DNA of 52,305 nt from Patescibacteria group bacterium (lineage in GTDB: Bacteria > Patescibacteriota > JAQUNI01), in NCBI GenBank assembly GCA_028717685.1, contig JAQUNI010000001.1, positions 1 to 52,305 on the forward strand. Reading direction: 5' to 3'. Positions within the stretch are counted from its first letter, which is position 1. Each line of letters opens with the position of its first letter. Both the position numbers and the translations under genes were made by a program. A model generated the notes under the pieces. The model was not told the DNA's origin, ran no database searches, and was given only the letters and a program-made list of their open reading frames with translations. Below are positions 1 through 8,247 of the stretch, one piece after another.

Positions 1-58
1 GCGCCTTGCGCAAAGCCATAAAATCCCACGGCGGGCAAAAAGAAAAGGAAATGGATTT
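1..58. repeat. Left arm of a 58-bp perfect inverted repeat (partner 1487-1544), cut by the window edge
   Basis: Bases 1-58 are the exact reverse complement of 1487-1544. Identity stops at 59/1486 on the inner side, and the outer side runs off the window. Confidence 0.9.
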
Positions 59-94
59 GTCTTTTTCGTATCTAAAATAATAATTTATAAAATT

Positions 95-1621
95 ATGCTC
101 AAACCAAAATATTTTCTCTACGCTCGTAAATCAACGGAAGATGACGACCACCAAATTATGAGTATTGAAGCTCAATTATTTGAATTGCGAGAATATGCGC
201 GTAGAGAAAATGTAGAAATTCTTGCAGAATTTACAGAAGCGAAAAGCGCAAAGAAACCCGGACGGGAAATGTTTGCCGCCATGATTACAGAAATTGAGAA
301 AATGGACGGCGTAGGAATACTTTCGTGGCACCCTGATAGATTAGCAAGAAATAGTGTTGATGGCGGCAAAATTATTTATCTCGTAGACACGCAGAAAATA
401 GTTTCTTTGCGCTTTCCGACATTTTGGTTTGAGCCCACGCCGCAAGGGTTGTTTATGTTGCAAGTGGCGTTCGGTCAATCCAAATATTACAGCGACAATC
501 TCGTTGAAAATATCAATCGTGGTATTCGCCAAAAACTCCGCCGCGGAGAGTGGCTGACAAAAGCGCCGTTTGGTTATGTGAATAATACTAAAACACGAAC
601 AATAGAACCACACCCGACACTTTCAAAAGTTATTGTTCGCGCTTTTGAAGAGTTCGCCACCGGAAAACATACGCTCGGAAGTTTGGCGGAGTTTTTGGCT
701 GAACTTGGTTTGGAAACAAAAAACCGAACGCCACTTGCCAAAGCGTCCGTTTCGCGAATGCTCACTAATCAAGCATATTTAGGTTTGGTGAAGCATAAAG
801 GCGAATATCACGAAGGACGCTTTGAGCCAATTCTTTCCGCAACGCTTTTTGAAGTCGTGCAAAAAATTCTTTTGCGCCGTGCCAAACCTCGCAAAAGCAA
901 ACAACGCCACGATTTTCCATTTACCGGACTAATGACTTGCGGAGAATGCGGCTCGGCGATCACGGCGCAATTTTCGCGCGGCAAGTGCGGCGGACTATAT
1001 CGCTATTATCGTTGCACAAAAAAGAAAGGTGTTTGCTCGCAAAAATATATCCAAGAAAAAGAACTTGCCGCGCAAATAAAGGCACGGCTTCAAAGCGTTG
1101 CCATTTGCGACGAGTGGACGAATAAAATGCTAAAGCAAGTTGACGAATGGGAAAAAGAACAAAACCACTCGTCGCAAAAGTTTGTCCAAAATCTGAAAAA
1201 TAAAATGTTTGAAACGCAAGAGAAACTGGATAAATTGGTTTCCGCTTACATTGACGGCGACATTCCAAAAGAAAATTATCTGCCGAAAAAAGAGGAACTA
1301 TTGAAGCAAAAAGTTTCTCTTGCGAACGATTTGGAAGATTTTGGACAAACGGGAAAGAATTGGCTCCAACCCTTGCGTGCGTGGATTTTAGATACGAAAA
1401 AAGCCAAAAATTTGGCTTCTTCCGAAAACTATGAGGAAATGAAGCGGTTTGTTCAAAAAGTCGGAACGAACCCCAAATTTTTGGATAAATCCATTTCCTT
1501 TTCTTTTTGCCCGCCGTGGGATTTTATGGCTTTGCGCAAGGCGCAAAGCCCGAATGCCGAGCGGCGAAGCCGCGAGGCAATCCTTTCCCAAAACGGCGAA
1601 AGTTGCGATTGGTGGACCTGA
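95..1621 (+). CDS. Large serine recombinase / integrase
   Basis: 508-aa ORF. It has an N-terminal resolvase-type catalytic region (YARKSTEDDDHQ..SIEAQ, HPDRLARN), a central recombinase domain, a Cys-rich zinc ribbon (CGECGS...YYRCTKKKGVC) and a coiled-coil tail. The stop codon overlaps the 3' end of tRNA-Ala. Confidence 0.85.
   Translation: MLKPKYFLYARKSTEDDDHQIMSIEAQLFELREYARRENVEILAEFTEAKSAKKPGREMFAAMITEIEKMDGVGILSWHPDRLARNSVDGGKIIYLVDTQKIVSLRFPTFWFEPTPQGLFMLQVAFGQSKYYSDNLVENINRGIRQKLRRGEWLTKAPFGYVNNTKTRTIEPHPTLSKVIVRAFEEFATGKHTLGSLAEFLAELGLETKNRTPLAKASVSRMLTNQAYLGLVKHKGEYHEGRFEPILSATLFEVVQKILLRRAKPRKSKQRHDFPFTGLMTCGECGSAITAQFSRGKCGGLYRYYRCTKKKGVCSQKYIQEKELAAQIKARLQSVAICDEWTNKMLKQVDEWEKEQNHSSQKFVQNLKNKMFETQEKLDKLVSAYIDGDIPKENYLPKKEELLKQKVSLANDLEDFGQTGKNWLQPLRAWILDTKKAKNLASSENYEEMKRFVQKVGTNPKFLDKSISFSFCPPWDFMALRKAQSPNAERRSREAILSQNGESCDWWT
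1487..1544. repeat. Right arm of the 58-bp inverted repeat, inside the recombinase 3' coding region
   Basis: Exact reverse complement of 1-58. It contains a 10-bp-stem palindrome, GGCTTTGCGC-AAG-GCGCAAAGCC, at 1527-1549. Confidence 0.9.
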
Positions 1622-1685
1622 GGGGATTTGAACCCCTTACCTCTACAATGCGAATGTAGCGCTCTACCAAATGAGCTACAGGCCC
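1610..1685 (-). tRNA. tRNA-Ala (anticodon CGC), CCA encoded
   Basis: 76-nt cloverleaf read by hand. The acceptor stem is GGGCCTG/CAGGTCC with the G3:U70 alanine identity pair, the anticodon loop is TTCGCAT, the T-loop is GGTTCAAATCC, and the 3' end is ACCA. Confidence 0.9.
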
Positions 1686-1812
1686 GTTTTTTTAATTTTT
1701 AATTTTCAATTTTAAATTTTCATTCAATTTTTAATGCATTAATTTTAAAACTGTTTAAAAATTTTTTCATTAGAAATTTAATAGAAATTAGAAATTGAAA
1801 ATTAGAAATTTA

Positions 1813-2718
1813 TTAGAATCCCGTCTTTTCCCTTAAAATTCTAATCCTTTCTTCCACTGGGGGGTGAGTAGAAAAGAGTTTGGCTAGAAAACTCACTGCT
1901 TTTCTCCCTTTGAAGGGCGAAGTAATAAAAAGATGGGCATTGTAGTTCTGGGCGACACGCATCGGCGTCTTATCTTGCGCTATTTTTTCCAAAGCGCGCG
2001 CCAAACCTTCAGGATAACGGGTCAAAAGGGCACTGGAAGCATCGGCTAAAAATTCGCGTTTGCGGGAAATCGCAAGCTGAATCAGAGTGGCGGCAATCGG
2101 CGCGATAATCGCAGTTACCAATCCTAAAATCAAGACCAGAATACCTCCGCCCCCTGAATCTTCATCATTTCCACCTCTTCCCCAAAAAAATGCTCTTAAA
2201 ATCCAATTCGCGAGCAGAGTTACAATACCCGCTAGAATGACCACAACCGTTTGCAATAATGTATCACGATTTTTAATATGGGAGATTTCGTGAGCAATCA
2301 CCCCCTCTAATTCCACCCTTTCTAGTTTCTGCAATAACCCTGCGGTTACCGCCACCACGGCGTGTTTTTCATCTCTGCCTGTGGCAAAGGCATTGGGTTG
2401 CGCTTCGGGAATAATATAGACCTTGGGCGTGGGCATACCAGCGGTAATCGCCAAATTATACACAACACGATACAGTTCTGGAGCGTCTTTCTCTTGTATA
2501 GCTTCCGCACGGGTTAAGGATAAAACAATTTTATCAGAATACCAATAGCTTAAGATCGCGCTAATTGTGCTAAACAAAAAGGCAATTATTAAAATCAACT
2601 CGCTATCAAAGATATAGCTCAAAACCCAACCTAAAAATAAAATCACGAGCAAAAATAAGGTAATAAAAAACCATGTTTTGCGGATATTGGAACTAATTTG
2701 ATTATAAACATTAGGCAT
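1813..2718 (-). CDS. htpX: M48-family zinc metalloprotease HtpX
   Basis: 301 aa with N-terminal and central TM helices, an HEISH (HExxH) motif and a C-terminal STHPP..ERI motif typical of HtpX. Confidence 0.9.
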   Translation of the reverse strand: MPNVYNQISSNIRKTWFFITLFLLVILFLGWVLSYIFDSELILIIAFLFSTISAILSYWYSDKIVLSLTRAEAIQEKDAPELYRVVYNLAITAGMPTPKVYIIPEAQPNAFATGRDEKHAVVAVTAGLLQKLERVELEGVIAHEISHIKNRDTLLQTVVVILAGIVTLLANWILRAFFWGRGGNDEDSGGGGILVLILGLVTAIIAPIAATLIQLAISRKREFLADASSALLTRYPEGLARALEKIAQDKTPMRVAQNYNAHLFITSPFKGRKAVSFLAKLFSTHPPVEERIRILREKTGF

Positions 2719-2808
2719 TAAAATAAATTAAAAATTTAAAATGAAAAATGAAAAATTACAATGTAAAATTCAAAAGGTAAAATCTCGGGGTTTAAAGAAA
2801 GAGTATAG

Positions 2809-2881
2809 TGCGCTCAGCAGGATTTGAACCTGCGACCTCAAGCTCCGGAGGCTTGCGCTCTATCCGCTGAGCTATGAGCGC
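2809..2881 (-). tRNA. tRNA-Arg (anticodon CCG)
   Basis: 73-nt cloverleaf read by hand. The acceptor stem is GCGCTCA/TGAGCGC, the D-arm is TAGCTCAGCGGATAGAGC, the anticodon stem is CAAGC/GCTTG with loop CTCCGGA, and the T-arm is GCAGGTTCAAATCCTGC. No CCA is encoded. Confidence 0.85.
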
Positions 2882-2990
2882 CAAAAAATAATATATGTCT
2901 GGAATTACAAATCAAAAATCAATATTAAAAAATTTTCTAAATAGAAAAACAACATTCAAGGATTACAATGACAAATGGGCATTTGATTGC

Positions 2991-3275
2991 CTATCCTAAA
3001 ACCTTATAGACCGCATCCCCTTCGCGCACCTTTTGGCTTATTTGCAAACCAATTACATCACCCTGTTTTGCTTCTTGGACCTCTTTGTGCTCAATTTGCA
3101 TTGATTCTACTTTTTGATCAAAATCATCACTATGCCCTTTCACGTGGATTGTATCGCCAATCTTTAATTCGCCTTTTGTAATCTCAATAATTCCCACGCC
3201 AATTTTGTTGTAATAATGGGTAATTTTGCCAATTTCTTCTTCTTGGCGCTCTGCTTGTTTTTTTTCTTCTGCCAT
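2991..3275 (-). CDS. Small EF-Tu domain-2-like beta-barrel protein (translation elongation factor-like)
   Basis: 94 aa from the ATG that follows an AGGAGG RBS. The pattern GVGIIEITKGELKIGDTIHVKG...QGDVIGLQI resembles the EF-Tu/IF2 domain II barrel. Confidence 0.6.
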   Translation of the reverse strand: MAEEKKQAERQEEEIGKITHYYNKIGVGIIEITKGELKIGDTIHVKGHSDDFDQKVESMQIEHKEVQEAKQGDVIGLQISQKVREGDAVYKVLG

Positions 3276-3474
3276 ATTTACCACCTCCTTTTTTGGAATA
3301 TGGAATTATGAATTAGGAATATAGAATCAGAGTGTTTATTTATGATACTCTGCTTTTTTCAGAAAAATTGTTGTGTATTACTATTAATTCAGCTTAGTTC
3401 ATTATAGCAAAAATATGTAAAAAAAGAAATTTTTTCAATAAAAATTCAAAAAATTTCATCTGTGGATAACTCAC

Positions 3475-3503
3475 TTGTATTCGGTTTTTGTTTGGGTTAT
3501 AAT
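3475..3503 (+). promoter_or_regulatory. Candidate sigma-70 promoter (TTGTAT - 17 nt - TATAAT)
   Basis: The -35 TTGTAT (3475-3480) and a perfect -10 TATAAT (3498-3503) are spaced 17 nt apart. It faces the repeat-rich leader upstream of lexA. Confidence 0.3.
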
Positions 3504-3540
3504 ACAAAGAGATGGGCCTCGATGAGCAAACAACATAAAG

Positions 3541-3665
3541 CGTCATTGCGAGGAGTCCCGAGCTTGTCCCGTAGTACGCCTTAACCGGACAGGGCTTGCC
3601 GAGGGACAACAAAGACCGCCCGCCTCGCACTCCCGCGAAGCTTGCGAGCGGGAAGGCAATCTCAT
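3541..3665 (+). repeat. Family-C repeat, long copy (CGTCATTGCGAGGAG ... GGCAATCTCAT)
   Basis: The termini match copies at 3728-3770 (inverted), 25507-25551 and 25571-25622 (inverted). The interior is GC-rich and self-complementary. Confidence 0.75.
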
Positions 3666-3703
3666 TAACAGCCATAAGAATGGTTATCAAAAAGATTTTC
3701 TAA

Positions 3704-3722
3704 AGAACAAAGGTTTTATAAT
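3704..3722 (+). promoter_or_regulatory. Possible LexA (Cheo-type) operator GAACAAAGGTTT abutting a TATAAT -10 box
   Basis: GAAC-N4-GTTT at 3705-3716 is one mismatch from GAAC-N4-GTTC. TATAAT follows directly at 3717-3722, about 57 nt upstream of the lexA ATG. Confidence 0.35.
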
Positions 3723-3727
3723 TTTAT

Positions 3728-3770
3728 GAGATTGCTTCGTCGCTCCTTGCGGTCACTCCTCGCAATGACG
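3728..3770 (-). repeat. Family-C repeat, short copy (inverted)
   Basis: GAGATTGCTTCGTCG...CCTCGCAATGACG is the reverse complement of the family-C termini. It lies in the lexA leader. Confidence 0.75.
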
Positions 3771-3778
3771 ATATCAGT

Positions 3779-4384
3779 ATGCAAATCACTAAACGTCAAA
3801 AACAAATTCTGGACTTTTTGGTTGAATTTATTGCCACGCACGACTATGCCCCTTCCTTTCGGGAAATAGCCGATCATTTTGGTTTGTCCTCCACCGCCAC
3901 CATTCACGAACATATTAAAAACTTAGAAGATGCGGGTTATTTGCAGGCAGTCAAAGGCGAGGCGCGCTCCTTGAGTCCCTCCGGAAAATTCATCCGCTTT
4001 AAAAAAGCAATTGAATTGCCCTTGGTGGGTTTAATCGCCGCGGGCGAACCCATTGAAGCGATACAGGAAAATGAAACATTCTGCGTGCCCTTGGGGCTTG
4101 TAGACCACAAACCCAGCTCTTTTGTCCTGCAGGTAAAAGGCAGTTCTATGATTGAAGACGGAATTTTAGATGGCGACTATATTATTGCCGAGCGCAACTT
4201 TTCGCCAAAGAATGGAGACACAGTGGTCGCGCTTTTGAACAATCAATACGCGACGTTGAAAAAATTCTTTCGCGAAAAGAATCGAATTCGCTTGCAGCCC
4301 GCCAATCGCACAATGAAGCCGATTTATGTGAAGAATCCGGCGATTCAAGGAATTGTAAGGGCGGTGATGAGGAAGTATGTGTGA
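3779..4384 (+). CDS. lexA: LexA repressor (S24 peptidase)
   Basis: 201 aa. It has an N-terminal winged HTH (KRQKQILDFL..YAPSFREIA), a cleavage-region AAGEP, and an S24 catalytic GSSM...DGD...LKKF Ser/Lys dyad context. Confidence 0.9.
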   Translation: MQITKRQKQILDFLVEFIATHDYAPSFREIADHFGLSSTATIHEHIKNLEDAGYLQAVKGEARSLSPSGKFIRFKKAIELPLVGLIAAGEPIEAIQENETFCVPLGLVDHKPSSFVLQVKGSSMIEDGILDGDYIIAERNFSPKNGDTVVALLNNQYATLKKFFREKNRIRLQPANRTMKPIYVKNPAIQGIVRAVMRKYV

Positions 4385-4472
4385 AAAGTTAAAAGTCAAA
4401 TCTCAAAAGTCAAAACTACATCTAAAAGTGTAAAAGTAGCTTTTACTTTTCAGTTTGAAATATAAGGGGAAC

Positions 4473-4503
4473 AAAAATCGACCTTGAAATGGGTCGATTT
4501 TTG
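4473..4503. terminator. Bidirectional intrinsic terminator between lexA and the GNAT gene
   Basis: The hairpin AAAAATCGACC-ttgaaatg-GGTCGATTTTT has A and T runs on both sides and sits between convergent genes. Confidence 0.7.
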
Positions 4504-4517
4504 GGTCTGGAAAAATT

Positions 4518-5042
4518 TTACAATTTCGGATATTTCAAAAAATTACTTTCTTTGGATTTTTGCAGAGATTTATAAAAGAAGTAATCATCGCTGCCATAAT
4601 AATTCTCTGCTATTTTACCTAGCAATTTGTATCCTCTATTTTTATAAAAGTTTACATTCTTCTGATCGGTCCAAAGGTGAAGCTTGTGCACGCCTTTCTT
4701 CTTTAAATCGGTCTCACATAATTCTAAAAGCTTACTTGCAATCCCCTGACCTTGGTGTTTTGAATCCACTGCGATCCAAATAATCAAACATACGCCGCCG
4801 ACATAAACGCCAACAACAAGATAGCCTACCACTTTTTGGTTGGCACAAGCCAAATAAATAACGATGTTATGATTTTTAAGACGCGCGGACAAGGAGACCG
4901 GATCGTATTCTTTTTTAAAAAAGTACTCTTGGGTTTTGATTGAATATTGCGGGAATTGAGAGTGAATGCTTTGCTTGAAAAATACATAAAATGGCTTGAA
5001 ATCATTGGCAGTTGCTTTTTTAAATGTATATTTCTGTCTCAT
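4518..5042 (-). CDS. GNAT family N-acetyltransferase
   Basis: 174 aa. The acetyl-CoA binding motif Q-G-Q-G-I-A-S-K-L-L (HQGQGIASKLL) has the typical GNAT beta-alpha context. Confidence 0.8.
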   Translation of the reverse strand: MRQKYTFKKATANDFKPFYVFFKQSIHSQFPQYSIKTQEYFFKKEYDPVSLSARLKNHNIVIYLACANQKVVGYLVVGVYVGGVCLIIWIAVDSKHQGQGIASKLLELCETDLKKKGVHKLHLWTDQKNVNFYKNRGYKLLGKIAENYYGSDDYFFYKSLQKSKESNFLKYPKL

Positions 5043-5190
5043 AAAATTTCATTCTTTTATTTTAGTTTAGCACCAAAATAAGCGATATACAAATATATGA
5101 TGAAATTCTCCCCTGACAAGAGGAAGGGTAAAAATAAAAAAAGCTCGCTTCGTAGGTATTGCCTAAGAGGCGAGCGAAGGTTCTGAACAT

Positions 5191-5640
5191 CTAAACTTCA
5201 AATCTATGATGAGGTTCATGACGATTACGAAACACCTCTATCATTCTTTGAAGTTTTGGGTCGTATTGTTTTTTGACCCACCACCAACTTCCATCTGGAT
5301 CTTTTTGGAAAAAGAGGTGTGGTTCTGTGTGAGCCACTTCTTTTTCTACCCGGATTATTGTCACAACTATTTCACCGCGATAATTTCTATATCGCAGGAA
5401 CATTGCTTTTTGGGGCGGATCTATGAGAATTTCACGACCTCCCCAGCCAACATTGCTGGGTTGCCAGCCTCGAGCACTATAACCAACCACTCTGCCGGAG
5501 ATTTCAACTATCTCCTCATCAGTGCCTTGGACTATATCTTCGAGACTATTGTAAACTGGAACCAAAACCTCACTATAATATCTAGCGGATGGGTATTGAG
5601 GTTTGAGTTCACCGGAAACAACAGATCTTCTTGCAAACAT
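5191..5640 (-). CDS. Hypothetical protein (149 aa)
   Basis: A strong RBS (GAAAGGAGAACGAAA-ATG) precedes it. The overlapping plus-strand ORF 5206..5706 has an implausible W/F/C-rich composition. Confidence 0.6.
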   Translation of the reverse strand: MFARRSVVSGELKPQYPSARYYSEVLVPVYNSLEDIVQGTDEEIVEISGRVVGYSARGWQPSNVGWGGREILIDPPQKAMFLRYRNYRGEIVVTIIRVEKEVAHTEPHLFFQKDPDGSWWWVKKQYDPKLQRMIEVFRNRHEPHHRFEV

Positions 5641-5972
5641 TTTCGTTCTCCTTTCAAGATTCTCCTCTTCCCTTCCGGCCAGAAGGGATTTTTTCTAAAG
5701 TATTGACTTCAACATAGAAGTGAATACTGGCCATCAGCCTGACTAAGTTTGTTTAAAAAACTTAGAAGACCCATCGCCCTAAATCGGGCCAGAGAAAATA
5801 GCACCCTAAACGGGTAGAAAGGAGCGGCTACTTTTCCAAGCAACCAAATTAATTCTAAAGAAATAGAATCAAATTGCTTGCTTTGAATATTCAATCTCTA
5901 AAACCACAAATATTTATGGGTTTGGGGATTGGGGGCAATGTTATTATCATTGCCCGAGGTTTGATGTGTTAA

Positions 5973-6392
5973 TTAGGCTAGTAGTGTGAGGCCTTTTAGA
6001 ACCCCCAGTTGCTCGTCTGACAAAAGATGATCTAGCGAAGTCCCTAGGAGTAGCTTCATCATTCTTAAGGTCTCAAAGAGTTGGTTGATATACTTTCTAA
6101 TGAACCCCCATGTCTGCTCACATAGCGAAAGATATTCTGCGTCTGCGAGATAAGCTGATGGGATATCATAATTCGCCCAACCGGCATTGAAGAGTATTTT
6201 TGCATATTGGCTGGATCCGGTTGAAATCATTACCGCCGCTGGAATTGGGTCGTGACGACCTTCTTCCCAATCTAACTTTCCTTCCTTCTTCAAACGATCA
6301 GTAATGTCTCCCATTTTTCCCTGAATATATCCATACTGCGGGAGACCCATTATTTCCATTTTAACATAGCCATTAACATCCTTATAAAACAT
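5973..6392 (-). CDS. Hypothetical protein (139 aa)
   Basis: The start was moved to the ATG (MFYKDVNGY) preceded by GGAGGA at 7 nt. I recognise no family. Confidence 0.55.
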   Translation of the reverse strand: MFYKDVNGYVKMEIMGLPQYGYIQGKMGDITDRLKKEGKLDWEEGRHDPIPAAVMISTGSSQYAKILFNAGWANYDIPSAYLADAEYLSLCEQTWGFIRKYINQLFETLRMMKLLLGTSLDHLLSDEQLGVLKGLTLLA

Positions 6393-6587
6393 TTCATATC
6401 CTCCATACAAAACAAACTGTAAGAAACTAATCTCGAGCAACCACACAATGTAGTGCTCCAGGGAATATGGAACGGCTATTGCAAGCCGCTTAAAATCCAC
6501 GCCTTCGGTCAGGCATTCACTATAGATCGTCTAGGCGACCAAGCTGAGGCGGAAAGTTTTAAGAAGAGGAATTATAACCCCTCCTAA

Positions 6588-6609
6588 CCTCCCCCCTTAT
6601 CAGGGGAGG
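6588..6609. repeat. Family-B GC-rich hairpin (CCTCCCC...GGGGAGG)
   Basis: CCTCCCC (6588-6594) pairs with GGGGAGG (6603-6609). It is related to the copies at 7572, 10465 and 16122. Confidence 0.6.
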
Positions 6610-6877
6610 GACCGTACTTCCTTCTTTCGCCGCAATTTGGTCGCTTGGAGACATATAAAGTTTTAAAGAGCAAATGTTGCACTTCAAGGGTAAATTTACC
6701 CTTTTATTTTGTAAATAGAATTATAGCATATTTCAACAAAAAAGTCAACATTTAGCATCAAGTTTGGCTAAAATAAACGAAAAATTGCTTTATTTTGAGC
6801 TATTTTTGACTCCTAATACTTAGTCTGGATTCTGCTTTTTTGGCTTGACTCTGGTAGTAGCTTTCATTATACTACAT

Positions 6878-7483
6878 ATGCTTATGACGCAAAATCGTTC
6901 CGATAAACAACTAATCGCCGATTATCTTGCTGGCGACGAACCATCGCTGGAGGTTTTAATTCAGCAATATCTGAAGCCAATATACAGTTTTGTTTATAGA
7001 TATGTGGGCAATATGGACAATACGGAAGATATCACCCAAGAGGTATTTGCGCGAATGTGGAAGAATATTAAAAAATTTGACCCCAAAAGAAAATTCAAAA
7101 CTTGGCTTTTTAGTATTGCCAAAAACGCGGCCATTGATTTCTTGAGAAAGAAAAAAACCATACCATTTTCGGAATTTTTCGCCCAAGGCAGATCCGCTTT
7201 TGATGGAAAAAATGAAGAGGGAGAAAATATGATTTACGAAACATTAAGCGATCCAGCTCCCCTTCCCGATGAATTACTTGAACGCGCGGATATCGCCCAA
7301 ATGCTCGCCTCGGCAATGGATAAACTTTCACCCAAATATCGTATGGTGATATTCCTTCGCTACAATGACCATTTTACTTTTCACGAAATCGCTGAATCCC
7401 TAGAAGAGCCGCTCAATACTGTAAAAAGCCGCCACAGAAGAGCGCTTGTTAAACTTAGACAAATTATTACTAAATCCGCCTGA
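6878..7483 (+). CDS. ECF-type RNA polymerase sigma factor (sigma-70 family)
   Basis: 201 aa from the internal ATG. Region 2 (DITQEVFARMWKN...WLFSIAKNAAIDFLRK) and region 4 (FHEIAESLEEPLNTVKSRHRRALVKLR) are recognisable. Confidence 0.85.
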   Translation: MLMTQNRSDKQLIADYLAGDEPSLEVLIQQYLKPIYSFVYRYVGNMDNTEDITQEVFARMWKNIKKFDPKRKFKTWLFSIAKNAAIDFLRKKKTIPFSEFFAQGRSAFDGKNEEGENMIYETLSDPAPLPDELLERADIAQMLASAMDKLSPKYRMVIFLRYNDHFTFHEIAESLEEPLNTVKSRHRRALVKLRQIITKSA

Positions 7484-7488
7484 TACAG

Positions 7489-7514
7489 ACCCGCCTAAAT
7501 CTAGGCGGGTTTTA
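7489..7514 (+). terminator. Intrinsic terminator after the sigma factor gene
   Basis: ACCCGCCTA-aatc-TAGGCGGGT followed by TTTT. Confidence 0.7.
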
Positions 7515-7571
7515 TGATTATCCCTTTTGAATTACGAAATCCACGATTTGCCCATCGAAAGAACCCCCCTA

Positions 7572-7588
7572 CCCCCCCTGTCAGGGGG
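7572..7588. repeat. Family-B hairpin (CCCCCT-gtc-AGGGGG)
   Basis: Short C/G-run hairpin of the same type as 6588, 10465 and 16122. Confidence 0.5.
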
Positions 7589-7705
7589 AAATTTGTATTT
7601 TCTAACCTTCCACAAGGGGGTAAAGTATGGACGGGTGCACCAAAATGCATTCTTTGTTCGTATTAGTATATGTAGTAAACCCCGTTAGAGAACCTCGTTT
7701 TCTAA

Positions 7706-7734
7706 CCCCGTCTAGAAATTTATTTCTAACGGGG
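7706..7734 (+). repeat. Family-A palindromic repeat (CCCCGTCTAGAAATTTATTTCTAACGGGG)
   Basis: 29-nt palindrome. Near-identical copies lie at 12570, 18832, 21815 and 30200, and flanking similarity extends over about 7679-7745. Confidence 0.85.
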
Positions 7735-7820
7735 CTAACGGTCTGCACCAATTAAAATCGGCGTATCCGTTACAAATTCATTTATAACGGGATGCACTTT
7801 CTCTAACGGGGTGAAAAACT

Positions 7821-8243
7821 ATGCATAAAAACTACGAACAACTTTTTTCTCACCTTACGCCTCCAGAAATGCCGGATAATCTTTTTGAAAAGACGATGCG
7901 CCGCATCCAAAAAGAACGTCAATCTTCCATTCTTAAACGAAAGGTGATGATTCTCTCTATCGGAATGATTGGAATAATAGGCGCGGCAGCGGCTTTTATC
8001 CCTGCTTTTAAAATGGCGCAAACCGAACTGAGCGAATCTGGCTTTCCGTATTTTTTGTCATTAATATTTTCTGATTTTGAAACTGTGGTTGCATATTGGC
8101 AAAACTTCATTATGTCGCTTTTAGAAACATTGCCCGTTATGGGTTTAGCTACACTTCTCCTAACCATCTTAGTGTTTTTAGGCTCACTAAAATTTCTTGT
8201 AAGAAATGTTAAATCAATTTTTACACTAACAAATAACGCCTAA
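7821..8243 (+). CDS. Putative anti-sigma factor / membrane protein
   Basis: 140 aa downstream of the ECF sigma gene. It has a cytoplasmic N-terminus followed by TM helices. The assignment rests on position and topology only. Confidence 0.5.
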   Translation: MHKNYEQLFSHLTPPEMPDNLFEKTMRRIQKERQSSILKRKVMILSIGMIGIIGAAAAFIPAFKMAQTELSESGFPYFLSLIFSDFETVVAYWQNFIMSLLETLPVMGLATLLLTILVFLGSLKFLVRNVKSIFTLTNNA

Positions 8244-8247
8244 ATTT

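Noticed and set aside
3394-3690. 98-aa minus-strand ORF upstream of lexA
   Set aside because: It is built almost entirely from family-C repeat sequence and AT-rich spacer. It has no RBS and an implausible composition. I treat the region as non-coding.
3500-3700. Possible structured RNA gene (SRP RNA, RNase P RNA or 6S RNA) in the GC-rich patch upstream of lexA
   Set aside because: I could not find the SRP domain IV consensus (GGAA..GCAGC context) or the RNase P conserved blocks. The GC-rich segment shares its ends and an internal block (GAGGAGTCCCGAGCTT) with repeats at 25507-25622, so it is a dispersed repeat rather than a unique RNA gene. An Rfam scan would settle it.
5206-5706. 166-aa plus-strand ORF overlapping 5191..5640
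   Set aside because: It is W/F/C/H-rich with an implausible sequence and no RBS. The minus-strand ORF has a canonical AAGGAG RBS.
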